From: Phoronis australis
Taxonomy: Eukaryota; Animalia; Phoronida
Reading direction: 5' to 3'
Assembly: GCA_002633005.1 (NCBI GenBank)
Contig: NMRA01000600.1
Location: 1-64,000, forward strand
Length of the DNA stretch: 64,000 bases
Numbering within the stretch: position 1 is the first letter of the stretch; the number at the start of each line of letters is the position of its first letter. The notes under the pieces were generated by a model that was not told where the DNA came from, did not search any database, and saw only the letters and a list, made by a program, of their open reading frames with translations. Positions 52,142 to 64,000 of this stretch are shown here, one piece after another. A program made the translations under genes and the position numbers.

Positions 52142-52989
52142 TAAATATATTAAGGGTCGGATGTTATCAAAGATATTTTCCCGACTTCACCGGGTAACCG
52201 TGCTTAATAGTCCACTGAAGCATTATAACTTCTCCAAAGATAAGATTCTAATTATTAAAAGTTATCAATGAGTCAGTCGTAAGTACATAAACATGTAAAT
52301 TCGAAACCAAAAATCTCGTGTTCGTTAAAACAACATAGTACATGTATAATAAGTAATTCCCGAAGGCATGCTTGCAGATTCTTGACAGGAATTCAGGGTG
52401 TGCCAAGAAATTAAAATTCGAATTTATTGATGTTAGTTTGTATTTTGATTCGTTCCATAGGGAGCTATGGTAGGTTATGCGAAAACTTCAACTTCAAAAC
52501 ATAAATGCCAATGTATCTAAAAGTGAGTAGCTTAATCCGTTAGACGAGTACTTTAACGCGTTCATAACAAATTACCCAAGACAGTTTGTTTATTGAACAT
52601 GTACGGTTTGTTACAAGCAACTTCTACTCAACGTTTGCTAAAAAGTAATATTCTTTTTATAGGAAAAAGTAATGACTTGTTATCATCACAACTTTGGGAA
52701 ATTTCCCTTTTCTGTAATTCCCAAATAGTGGTCTCCGTGTCCTTCAGTGTTCTATACTTCAGATGGCGGTCGACTATCGCCTCATCTTTGTCGGTGAATG
52801 ATGTAAGATGTCGTCAACTGGATTGTTTTTCACTGATAAAACATTTTAGAGGGCGAAGTGAGTGCTGGTTGAATCGCAGATTTTGCGAGCATTCTAGCCG
52901 CTCATCACCAAATTGGACATGATTCGTGGCGAGCTGACGAGCAGAACTACGTGGTGTGAAGTTTCGATTGATACATACAACGAGGAAAG

Positions 52990-55060
52990 AAGGATAAGAA
53001 GAACTTGTCTATGGTGTGGCTCGACATGGCAAATGCGTATTGTTCTGTACCACATGTATTACTTTATCGTGCCATGGATATCTACCGCATTCCCGAGAAA
53101 GTCAAGAATATAGTGAAGTCTTACTACAGCCCCTGTGTGATGCGTTTCACAGTCAGCAACTTCACTACCAAGTGGCAACACCTAGAGAAAGGAATTATGA
53201 CGGGAGGCACAGTTTCAGTCATCCTTTTTATTATGGCAAAGAACGTCTTGTTGAAGAGAGGCCAGTCTGAGCGGAGAGGTCCCAAGCTAGATGAAGTCAG
53301 ACAGCCATCTTGCAGAGCTTTTGTTGATGTCATTACGAAAGTGACAGAGTCACCAGTGGGAGCCAGGACAATTCTCCGTCGCCTAGAAGAGCTCACTAAA
53401 TGGGCACGTATGTCATTGAAGGCAGAGAAGACTAGATCATCAGGAAAGGAGTGTTGATCAAGTGACAGTCGTTTTCTATAGCTGGTTGCAGAATTCCAAC
53501 AATCAGTGAGCAGCCAGTCAAGTGCTTGGGCAAGTACTACGACAGCAGCCTACGATACACATCCCGAGTTAATGACGTTAAAGCCCAGCTCAAGGTATGG
53601 CTTGAGAACGAAGATTGACAAAGATGGCATACCCGGAAGGTTCAAGCTTTGGTGCTATCAGTTCATCTTGCTTCCAAAACTTTTGTGGCCACTGCTTATC
53701 TACGACGTCACGTCATCCTCAGCTGAAGAAATGGAAAGGGTAGCAATCCGATTCATTCGAAGGTGCCTTGAACTACCCGCGTCATTCATCAACGTCGGAC
53801 TATACTACAAGTCGCCAAAACTTGTCCTGCCAGTCTCATCTGTGGTAGAAGAATACAAAGTTACCAACGTCCGAGCCAGCATCACTCTGCGGAATACATC
53901 TGACCAGGCTCTCAAGGGATGCAGTATCCAATCACGCACCGGAAGGAAATTGTCCACCACCTTGGCGATCAGTGAAGCAGAGAGTCGGCTGAGGCACAGG
54001 CAGTTAGTAGGAACAGCTTGCCAGGATAGGCAAGGGCTGGGTTACAAGACCGGTAAGCCAGCAAGGGAAAGATCTGAAGACCAGGTAGAGACAAAATAAT
54101 CTGGGAGGTTAGATCATCAGAGAACCAAGAAAGGTACGCCCGAGCAGTCCAGATGGGCCAACAGGGAGCATGGACCAAGTGGGACAAAGTCTTACAAAGG
54201 GAAGTCAAGTGGGCTGATTTGTGGAAGATGTCTCTTCTGAAAGCCAAAGTCCTCATTAGATCTGTTTACGACGAACTGCCTACTCCCAGCAACCTTGCTG
54301 ACAACCAGCAATGTATTCAGTGTGCACGCAGATGTACGTTAGAGCACATTCTATCCTCTTGCAGTGCGTCCTTGGCGTCAGGAAGGTACACTTACCGACA
54401 CAACCAGGTACTGAACGTTTTTGAATGGGTGTTGGTCGACGAGGTCAAGAGGAAACCGAAGCCGAGAAGCCATCGCATCGAATTCATAAATTTCATAAGA
54501 AGTGGTGATGAGGCGAGTGAAAGCGCAGAAAGGCATCCTGCACACAGCCAACGACTGGAGAGTGTGGGCAGACCTTGCCGGTCACCAGTCATTCTTTCCT
54601 CAACACATTGTCCAGACGACCCAGCGCCCTGACTTGGTTATTTACTCGGACAGTTCCCACCAGGTCATCTTGATTGAGCTCACAATCCCGTGGGAGAATA
54701 GGGTGGAACAGGCACACGAGCGAAAGAACTTGAAGTATGCAGACCTCAGGAATGTTAACGGCTGGAGATAGAGTTTTCCTGTGGAGGTCAGCTGCCGGGG
54801 TTTTCCGGCCAGTGCGGCCATTACCATGGCGAGGTGCCTTGGGGTCTCCGTGTCGGGAAAGAGGGCTCTGTTACGCGACGTAGCCACTGAAGCTGAACAG
54901 GCATCTTGTTGGATTTGAATGAAATACCAACAGCAACAACACCAACAACCGTCAGACAGAACCTGATCAACTGTTGCGCCGCCTACTAGAGACGGTCTTG
55001 GTTTAGGGAAGAAACCATTAAGGACAGTAGGAGATCAACTGAAGATGGCGGTTGAGCACA
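52990..55060 (+). mobile_element. 5'-truncated HERO-type non-LTR retrotransposon (RT + zinc knuckle + restriction-like endonuclease)
   Basis: VWLDMANAY.SVPH, KGIMTG..SVILF, GRFKLWCYQF, QQGAWTKW, C..C......HILSSC, GRYTYRHNQVL and RPDLV......ILIELTIPWE.....AHERK..KY; frameshifted. Confidence 0.88.
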
Positions 55061-57214
55061 GTACCATCAAGTGTTTAAAGTAAGTTCATGTATTTTGATG
55101 ATATTTTTCATACAATAGCTATCGGCCTTGGGGACTATTTTGCGCAGCGTTTGTACATGTAAACGCAGTCTAAGCCAAAAACGATAACTAGTCGTAAGCT
55201 CCGTCGTAGGAACTGCTTACATTAGGCCGCGCTGAGGAGACAAATTTCTCGATGACTCTTAAACCATACAAGAAACATAGAGGTTGCACAATACAACGTT
55301 GCCGAACATTGTCTCCCAAATTTAACTGTCCCAAATCCAAGTAAAATCTGTGTGAACATCCCTTAAAATGGTATTCCATAACCATCCGAAATCTTGTCTT
55401 CCCCTGGTCTCATTAAACTGTCCTTTTGAGTGGTAAATTGGCGACTGAATTTGCAAAATAATCAGGCAAAATAGTCGCATCATTGGCTTCAATCCTGACA
55501 GATAAAATTAGGAATCGTGTAAAAACCAATCTCCGTATACATGTACCCCGTATTGCACAAATCGGACATTATGGTCCTTGGTGGGTGGTCTTTTGCCACA
55601 GTTGCTGTGTGATTTACTAAAAGTGTAGGTCAGCGGGCTTTGAGAGGAGTTTTGAAATAATCAAGGGTAACAGAGCATTATTCCGTTTCAGAGAACTGAA
55701 GGAAAATGCTGCTTATATTATTCTGTCAATACACCGAAACCAAGTATATCCTTTTATAATTGCAGATTTTATTGAATTACGCTTTATGCGGTACTCCTAT
55801 CCAAGGTAAACTATAATGAAGTTTGATCAACCCTACGTCAAAGTCAAGAAATTTTTTCCCCAATCTATATGATTGAGCTTACCAAAATTGACCTTCCATT
55901 TAGGTCTAATTTACTCCTCCTTATACATTATATGTAGCACATTTTATCACTTAACCTAGACTTTAAGTCCGAGAATTGAAGTATCTTGCAGTTGATCGTT
56001 ATGTGCTACTCTATGGTTGAAGCACAACGAACGCTCGACGGCATTTGGCGGTAATCCAGGTGTATGACCGCACGTGTAGCAAAGATATTATTGCTACACG
56101 TTTACGGTATGTTTGCGTTTAGTCTCAGGAAATCACCTATTGGCCTCAGCCGGATTTCGCCATAGTCCTCTGTTAATAGCCTGTAACCCGTAATTCTTTG
56201 GGTACGAGCAATTTTTATTTTAGAGTATCAGAGTTTAAATACATTACGAATGTATTTGGCAAACTAAATTATGTGGAGAACAGTGAAATAAAATTTGCGG
56301 TCGCGCAAATCACAGTTTCGGAATTGCTTCGGGAGCATCCGTAAAAAATATAGATGTTTCCTAAAGCCGTCTGCCATGAAAATCACAAAAAACCTCCTTG
56401 ACTTCGAGATTTTGGTGTTTTTGTCGTCAAATCGCTAGTCGAAGGCAATTTGGTATGATCAGGTGAAAGAACGTATTCAAAAATTGGTTCGATGCTGATT
56501 TTGTAGAGTTCCATGTACATTTGAGAAAAATATTCTGTGCATACCGATTTTTAGTGTCCAAACTTTATGTTTAATTGCAGGGAATGTAGCCTTGGTACAA
56601 AGCTGTATATAAATGTACAGCTTTGCACCGATGCGGGTAAAAAAAGTTGTAAGATAAAATCCGACACAAAAGTAGCGTCATTAAAAACTAGTCTTCCTTG
56701 AGTAATTTAAATTATTTAACAGTGTTGGCAAAAATGGCGTTCTACCGTTATTCTGCTGCTAAAGTTGTGGAGCGATCTTTAGCGACCGCTTTTTGTGCCA
56801 TGAAATTTTGCGTCACCTATTGGCCAGTTTCTTTTTTCGCCGATTCTTCAATCAACTGTTGTTCTTTCACGAGGTTGCGTACACGTCACAACAAATTATC
56901 AGAACTGGTGTCACCTCATTAAACGATTTTAGAATTTGGGTACCGAAAAATCGAATTTCAGAAGAAATTTTGTTGCTTCCAAGCTATCATTATCTCGCGA
57001 GAGATGTCGCACAGATTTAGGAAATGGCGCGTGCGCGTGACACGAGCGTACTGTTTTCAAAACGACGAAATACTTTCATTGTTAGAAAAGGCAGAGAGTT
57101 ACGCAAGAAAATGAAGTTTATTGCATTGTTTTCACTTAAACGGCTGTAACGGGCAAGGTGAGTGTCGGTTGACTCCCAGATTTTGCATGCACACCGTCCG
57201 GTCTTCAGCTTTAC

Positions 57215-57233
57215 ATGTTGATACAAGTTTCAT
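57215..57233 (-). CDS. Candidate first coding exon (MKLVST)
   Basis: GCCATG context and a phase-1 GTAAAG donor. Splicing to 49485 gives MKLVSTFLLLTVVSA-TPLQK, a classic signal peptide. Confidence 0.45.
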
Positions 57234-58769
57234 GGCGGGGTGACGAGCAGAACTACCTTGGCTGTGTGCAATTTCGCTGTCCACGGAATAAATACACGCA
57301 GTGGGACCTAGCTGTATTTTGACGACAGTCTTCATACAGCTAGCTGGCTGGCTACAGGGACTGATGTCATTGGCGATGGAGGAACAGATAAACGCAAGTA
57401 TACTCGGCGTAAGAACGCCGTAAGATTATAATATTTTAAGTAAAATAGACCCCATGACCATATTAAATCAACCATGAATCCAAACAGGGCTTAAGTAGAA
57501 TTTAGCATGCAAAAGAAAGAAGAGTTACTTACGCAAAATCATGATGACAACCACGACAAACGCTAAGCGTTCTAGGATGATGCTGATTGTGGCGTTCGTA
57601 ACCACGCAATGCACGTGTAGTGACGTGGCAGATCAATACGTCAACAGTAAAGTAAAAAATTTGCAAAGTTAAAACGGGTTTAATCACTCTACACAACGCA
57701 CGTGGAGAAATAATAAAAATAAAAACAGTGTCCATTTTTGTCTCATTGTCTCATACGCGTTGAATCAGTGAAATGGAATACTGCCATGTGTTATTGTTTT
57801 CCGTATTCACTTCCCGCACTGCATCTACAGGGTACTTAGCAGTGCCCTCTGACCTGGAAAGTTCAAAAGGTTAGTCAATGTCGAGTCGACGTCGTTATTC
57901 GGTTGGATCATCTCACTTTCAGAAAATAGTTCAAAGTGATGCACTTGTAGCAATATAAATAAAACTCAACTTGCAGTTCGGTCCCAAACGTAACATCTGG
58001 AACAAAACTGTTTATTATATGACACCTCTATCTCAGTTTCTGCTAAATGTATTGTCTATAACTCAGGAGCAGATTAATTGTTAACTGCAATATCAAATAT
58101 TGTTGTCATTTAACTATTTTCAAGAAATGTTACAAGTTCAATGTAAACTAACCTTTGTTTTCATCTTTGCTGTCTCTTTTTAAGTAATAAATCGTTACAT
58201 TTGAAATTGTTTCTATTACTAGAGTAAACTTGGTATCCAAAGAGCAGGTACATACATGTACCAGTATATGTACAACCGTGAATGTGTAGGATGTGATGCC
58301 CCACGTGACTAGTCTGTGCGAAGCATTTCAAAATCTAGTTGCCAAAAAATGAAAGAAACGTATAAATTCGAAGCGTATGAGATAAATACCAGGTCGATAC
58401 GCGGAATTAAATTTATCTTATTATTTTGACATTTGTCACTTTATTTTGATATCAACCCCTAGTGTGAGTCCAAAAATAAATGTGGGGCTCGTGAGACAGG
58501 AGGGAATTAAGGGATGTGTTGAAGGCGAGAAGGCGAGAACGAAAGCGTAGTCGGTGAAACGACTGTCCGACTAGGACACGGCGGACGTTATGGCCGATTG
58601 ACAAAAAACGGTCGAAAGAAATAGACCGGGATCCCAGGGTTTTTTTGGGCATGAAAAGGTAACCAATTTTCTTTGGTGACACAGTGCTCTATGATGTTTA
58701 AAACTGGTCGTCTGGCAGGCTCGCTCTGGTAGGTGTTGTATCAGGGGAGCCAAGGAAATGACACTCAAA

Positions 58770-59590
58770 ATTTGAGCTAGATCAACTTTTTCTGGTAACC
58801 ACTTCAAACTGCCTTGGATACCTACTACGTAATTCACTGTATCGAAATTGGTCACTGCCAGACAATTTTAGAGGTGGGAAGTATCCGCCAGACGGTTATA
58901 AACAAGGTAAACAATTGAGCTAGATTGATGCAAGAGGTAACCGCGTAAAACCAGTTGCAAAATATTCACCGTGAGCCCAGGTATCACGAATGAACACTGC
59001 CAGACCAAAATCTAGTGGTGGGTTACCCCCGCCAGACACGCCCAAATACCCGAGTTCGGCTAGATCAACCCACCAGGTAACCGTTTGAAACCGATCGCAC
59101 GATGTTCATCATCACTGTAAATTGCACAACTGTTAGATACCAAACAATTTCAGAGGTGGGGTGCACGTGCCAGACGATTATCAAAAAGGGTTATAAATTG
59201 AGCTAGATCAACCCAAGAGGTAACCGCTTGGTTCCAAACTATTCACCGTAAGCCCAGGTATCACAAATAAACAATGCCAGACAAATTTAGTGGTCGGTTA
59301 GCCCCGCCAAACACGCCCAAATACCTGAGTTGTGCTAGATCAACCCCCCTGAGGTAACCGTGTGAAACCAACTTCACGATACTCAGCATAACTGCACATC
59401 GTAAGATGCCAGACAATTTCCGTGGTGGGATGTCCCTGTCAGACGACTAAAGAAGGGCTAAAATTTGAGGTAAATCAATCCAAGAGGTAACCGCATGGAA
59501 CCAGTTGCAAAATACTCTACGTAAGCCCACGTATCATGAATAAACACTGCGAGACAAGTCTAGTTGTGGATTAGCCCCGCCACACACGAC
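58770..59590. repeat. Diverged ~140-bp tandem array with alternating A/B monomers
   Basis: Recurring TGCCAGACAA...GGTGGG...GCCAGAC...GCTAGATCAA...GGTAACCG. A units at ~58855, 59136 and 59406; B units at ~58996, 59274 and 59546. Confidence 0.85.
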
Positions 59591-60398
59591 CAGATTTATA
59601 CCCCCAAGGTATTCATTTTGCGTAATGTCGAGCAACATTCTACATGGAACAAAAGGTACTTTACAAACAATTTTAGCGTTGGGGCAGTACCATGTAGAGA
59701 TTTGGTCGATACAGGACCGACTTTTTATTAGACGCACCTAAATGTATCTCTCTACTCGAATGAATAGATCCTATTCAGGGCCGCAGGAAATACTTAACGG
59801 GGTTGGTTCGAATTTCAAAACGGTGTACCTTTTTATATTTTGCAAACGTCGACAGTGCAGAAATTTTAGTAAGGCCTTTGACTCAGCTTAATTAGTGCGA
59901 CGAGGACGTCATCCCATTATCTCAGCCAAGTTTCAAATCAGCCATGTTTAAATGAGTGATTACACCTCGTTGCATACTAAAAAGAGAATATGAAGTTTAG
60001 TCGGTGAATGACCTAACAAAATCGTTCATCTGGTTATATTTTAGCGTGTTACTTAAGTTGCTTACATCGCTGGAAATGGGAACATCGCACTATTCCGAAG
60101 GTTTACTACTCGGATGGTTTACTATTCCGAAGATTCACTAGTTCGACCATTCATCAATCTGAAAACTCACCGCTCCAAAATATCTAAACTTTCAAACTCA
60201 GTTGTGATTTTTAACCTTTTACATGCAAGAATAAACGATATTTCGGTTATTAGATGCACCTATACCGAAAACAACACCAGGGCACTAAAACACTTGGTTT
60301 GGATTCCATGTCGTGACAGCGACATCCTGTTGCTCCCACTGAACTTTTTCGATCCTATAGCCCAACAACAAGTTGTGAAGTTGTACCCAATTTCTTAC

Positions 60399-60560
60399 AC
60401 GACTGGATTAACTCCATTCTGGCATTTATGGTTGGAGGGCCTGCGCTCTTTTGTTCGATAATTGCTCTTATCTCCGATCAGATCGTCTCTAGACTGACTG
60501 GGCTGGGCTGATAAAAATGAAAGTTAAGTCATAACATATTTGAGCTTAAACTAATAGAAA
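60399..60560 (+). repeat. Dispersed repeat; uninterrupted relative of the sequence split by the Kolobok element at 24440
   Basis: ACGACTGGATTAACTCCATTCTGGC...TTGTTCGATAATTGCTC matches 24428-24439 joined to 25663-25805. Confidence 0.7.
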
Positions 60561-62080
60561 CTCATATGCATAAACTATAATTATTCGAGCACAGCGTGAT
60601 AAACATTTATGTTGAGTTCGCACAAAAGGAGCAGAGAAATTGCCAAAAATAATTTCGAGTTCGTTTCGAGCACAAATATTAGAAACCAGGCCCTGGTTTT
60701 GGAATAGTGGAAATTCAAAGTAATGAATTTTAGAAGATAACCAACCTTCGGAGTAATGGACCTTCGGAGTAATGATAAGGAACTTTGGAAATCTTTTCCA
60801 TCACGTCTGTAGCTCGTATGAAGTCCGCAGGGTTGTGCACCATTGGCATCGATTGGACTAGAGTTTTTCATTGACTAAAGTTAAGGTCTACGCCTGCTGT
60901 TCCATCATAACGTAGAAATGCTCATAGGTGTATTCACAGTGCAAGAAAACACGGTAGTTAAATGTCTGTTTTTAGCACGACGGAGGACTTCCTATAATGA
61001 ACTTACCGTCAGTGAGGTACTGAACTTAAAAGTACAGAAACGTTCAAACGTGTACAGGCATGCATGTCAATCCACCAATCCACAATCAAAGTTGACACTG
61101 GATGAACAACATACATGTATTTAAATTTTTGACGATAACTTTCAATTCAAAGTTTGAAAACGCCTGCACGTCTTCCGTACTATGCTTGCAATTAAAACCA
61201 AAATATGTAGCAGAATAACAAATCTCAATTTTCTGCAGTTTTGTTTCTTGGCAGAGTTTAAGGCATTCACACTGCACTATTTTTGGAAGCTCTTTCAAAG
61301 CTATATACAAAACATGTAGCTTTCTAAGGTCGTGTGCTGTAGGGTGGTTCCGGTGCGGATCTTACGGGTAGCCTTGCAATTTCCAGCAGTGCGTTAACCT
61401 CGCACTCGAAAGTCCATCAATATTCCAACAATAGGTTGCCATAACTACACACTTTGAATATTCGCACCAAAACGTCTCAGCAAAACATGCCTCGATTATT
61501 GCCTCAATATGTAAATGACCAGCCTACCTGTTCAAACAAAAATATGTAGTTGCCTACTGCCCGGTCCTGCAAGAATTATTGCCCTGCGCACATGTACAAT
61601 TTTGCAGTAAATGATTCGCAAATCATGACCACCAACTCGTCTTTTCCTGTCCACTACATATCGAAAATTCATACATTCCAGTCAAATGAATTAAGATTGT
61701 GAGGGCATACTTGTACTTCTCAATGGCAAATACTACATGTCGTTTTTGGTTAATAGTTTATACAACCGACAGAAGTTCGCAACTTAATTGCACCAACGGA
61801 AGCCGGGAAACGTCCATGGCGCCAACGTCTCTCAAGGAACTGACACATGGAGAGTTAATAAAACAATGATTAATTTGACATTATGCAAATAAACTAAGTT
61901 TGCCACTAGAGGCAGAATCAGAAAATTAATGTGGCCATGCTTTCTATATCTGCCAGTTTTCTATATTATCTACAATTGCTTGTGGTAAGGGAGCATACGC
62001 CAAAACTGACATGGAAATAATGAACAATAGAGGGTGCAACAAAACAACACAAAACACCGCCCAGATAGGAATATGTCGTT

Positions 62081-62086
62081 TTTATT
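62081..62086 (-). promoter_or_regulatory. Candidate polyadenylation signal AATAAA for PRPF4
   Basis: TTTATT on the plus strand ~940 nt past the stop, followed on the minus strand by a GT/T-rich tract. Confidence 0.55.
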
Positions 62087-63025
62087 GAAATGCCATTTAA
62101 AGATACAACTTTACAAATACGACACATACATTTCCATAACCTGAAAATGCTCAGAAGACAACGAAATACAAAAATACCATAACCTGAACAGTCAGTGATG
62201 CTCGTTATCTCATCATATCCAGGAGTCTTACAACTATGTTACATTACAACTTCCGGGATCAGTCAGAAAGATAGTTTAATGGTTAACATAAACATTTCCA
62301 AAAACTGAATTTTAACTCACTGGGGCAGGATAGGACCACACATCACAGGCACAAGTAAAAGTCGACCATGGACGCTGTTCCTTGGAAGGTTTGGAAGGTT
62401 GGACTTTACTACCTGGTACTCTTGGCAGGGTACAAGGTTAAAATTGAAGCAAACACTTCCATTGAGAAAGTTAAATGGGTTTTGGCTTGAATTTTCAGGG
62501 GTACCAGGTCCCTCATAACCACCCTTGCTTATTGATCAGATTAATTAAATCTAATTGTTTGCTGGTGATATGACAATAACTTTGGGTAAACTTCAATTCA
62601 ACCGTGAAACAGAAGGAACAAAGCACCACGTGCCTGACTGAACCCTTCCAAGTCAATTGCTTTGAAATGATGATATGCCCTAAATCTGGCTAATGAAAAT
62701 TTGCCAATGCTTGCGCGCACCCAGGGTGGCTCTATTTGGTAAAGTGGGCAAAAAGGTTCGCTTCAGAGAAACAAAACCCAGAAAAGTAGAAAAGGGGACA
62801 AAAATCAACTAAAAAGGCAGGAACTACTGAAATTTGGCGAATGCACAATTCATAGCTCTGAACGTTTCCCACGAATTTCTTTCCTAGTGAAAGGTCCATG
62901 TTTTCAAAAATTCGAGCCCTCATTTTTAGGCTGGGTGGGCGCATGCAATGAATATACAGGTAACTCCAGATCTCCACTACATTTCTAATCAGAAAACCAG
63001 AGAGTGCAATCTTAACAAAAACCTA

Positions 63026-63222
63026 TCATGAGTCCGGGGCCCACAGTTTGAATGTTCGATCATAGGATGCTGACGCGATGTACTTCAGGTTAGATGAGAT
63101 ATCCACTCCCATTACTTTGCCTTCGTGTCCAGCTAGGGTCTTCAGGGGTGACCAGTTCGGGTGTGACCAAATCTTGACCGTGTTGTCATAGCTGGCAGTC
63201 ATCACGTAGTCCCCTCGGTTTG
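63026..63222 (-). CDS. PRPF4: Terminal coding exon of U4/U6 snRNP protein Prp4 (last WD40 repeats)
   Basis: TTGTCCTTCCAG acceptor. Translates [64 protein letters not shown], matching the known PRPF4 C terminus ([16 protein letters not shown]...SYDRTFKLW). Missed by the ORF track. Confidence 0.93.
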
Positions 63223-63370
63223 CTGGAAGGACAAGACATTCAGATTAACCTCAACAGCATTATGTAGACCAAAGGTGGGACTACACCTTTTAACTGTTCC
63301 ACAAGGGGCATTATATGGAATACATAGCTTAATATCTACTACTGCTCATAATTAGAATGTTATTGCTCAA

Positions 63371-63537
63371 CAGGGGCGGATCCAGGATTTCGAGTTGGGG
63401 GAGGGGGGCAGGGAAGTTTATTAGCCAGCATTTTTGCCCATCAGGCATTCACAAAACTGAACTGCCAAATGGAATCTGGGAGAATTTTAAGGGGGAGAGG
63501 GCATGGACCCCTTACTCCCCCCCTAAATCCGCAACTG
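63371..63537 (+). mobile_element. MITE (CAGGGGCGGATCCAG family) in a PRPF4 intron
   Basis: CAG...CTG ends and an imperfect 5-bp TSD CTCAA/CTCAC. Confidence 0.6.
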
Positions 63538-63780
63538 CTCACCCACCATGAAACTTTTCTAACAGAAATCAACATTTCTTAAGTCATGTTTCTTGTCTTA
63601 ATGGCCTTGATCCTGGAGTAATGATCAATGATAAATGCTTGAACGGTCAGATTTCTTTTTTTATCTTCAGGAAACGAGCAAATTTTTTCTGAAATAATCG
63701 ACTTCAACTTCAAGAAAACAAGTCTTTACAGTTTTCCTTGTGGAGATCTTTGAAGCAGTAAAAACTAGACACTGTTCACT

Positions 63781-63836
63781 GCAGGATGTGGGTTCTTGGC
63801 AGGATGTGGGTTCATGGCAGGATGTGGGTTCATGGC
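63781..63836. repeat. 17-bp tandem repeat x3
   Basis: GCAGGATGTGGGTTC(T/A)TG repeated three times. Confidence 0.9.
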
Positions 63837-64000
63837 AAACTCCACTGAGTGGGAAAATGTAATTTGAATAGGGATTTCTTTCCCCAACATGTTTCAGTTA
63901 ATTGGAGCAAATATCTGTGTAATAGGACAAAACTAGACCAAAAACACGGGAAAACCAAGTTCTGGTGGCAGTGAATGATGATCCCAATAACAGAACATGT

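Noticed and set aside
55005-55050. GAAAC...CTGAAGA in the HERO 3' UTR as a permuted hammerhead
   Set aside because: I could not build stems I-III or a cleavage triplet.

Overview
AT-rich (~60-65% by eye) animal genomic DNA, most likely from a marine invertebrate (inferred from repeat families and intron style). It is a heterozygous scaffold with one 441-N gap and four single-N joins, each next to a duplicated segment. The only host gene I can name is PRPF4 (last WD40 exon plus 3' UTR, minus strand, 62.1-63.2 kb). The rest of the minus strand carries scattered, mostly phase-1 exons of one or two secreted or cell-surface proteins: a split signal peptide (57.2 and 49.4 kb), an EGF-like exon (44.5 kb), decayed tandem Ig-like exons (35.7-41.5 kb), a three-exon SEA domain (15.8-19.7 kb) and a TSP1 exon (3.7-3.9 kb). 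The introns hold nested transposons: a Ty3/Gypsy element inside a LINE, a young BEL/Pao element with identical LTRs, two inverted THAP-bearing Kolobok-type elements, an Academ remnant, a Penelope-like element with inverted termini interrupted by a LINE, Tx1/L1 and HERO non-LTR remnants, a Harbinger MITE and SINE heads. The strongest unexplained signal is heavy enrichment of TACATGTA. Several paired copies show TA becoming TA-CATGTA, the expected Tc1/mariner excision footprint. I found no CRISPR array, Fanzor/TnpB or prokaryotic system.
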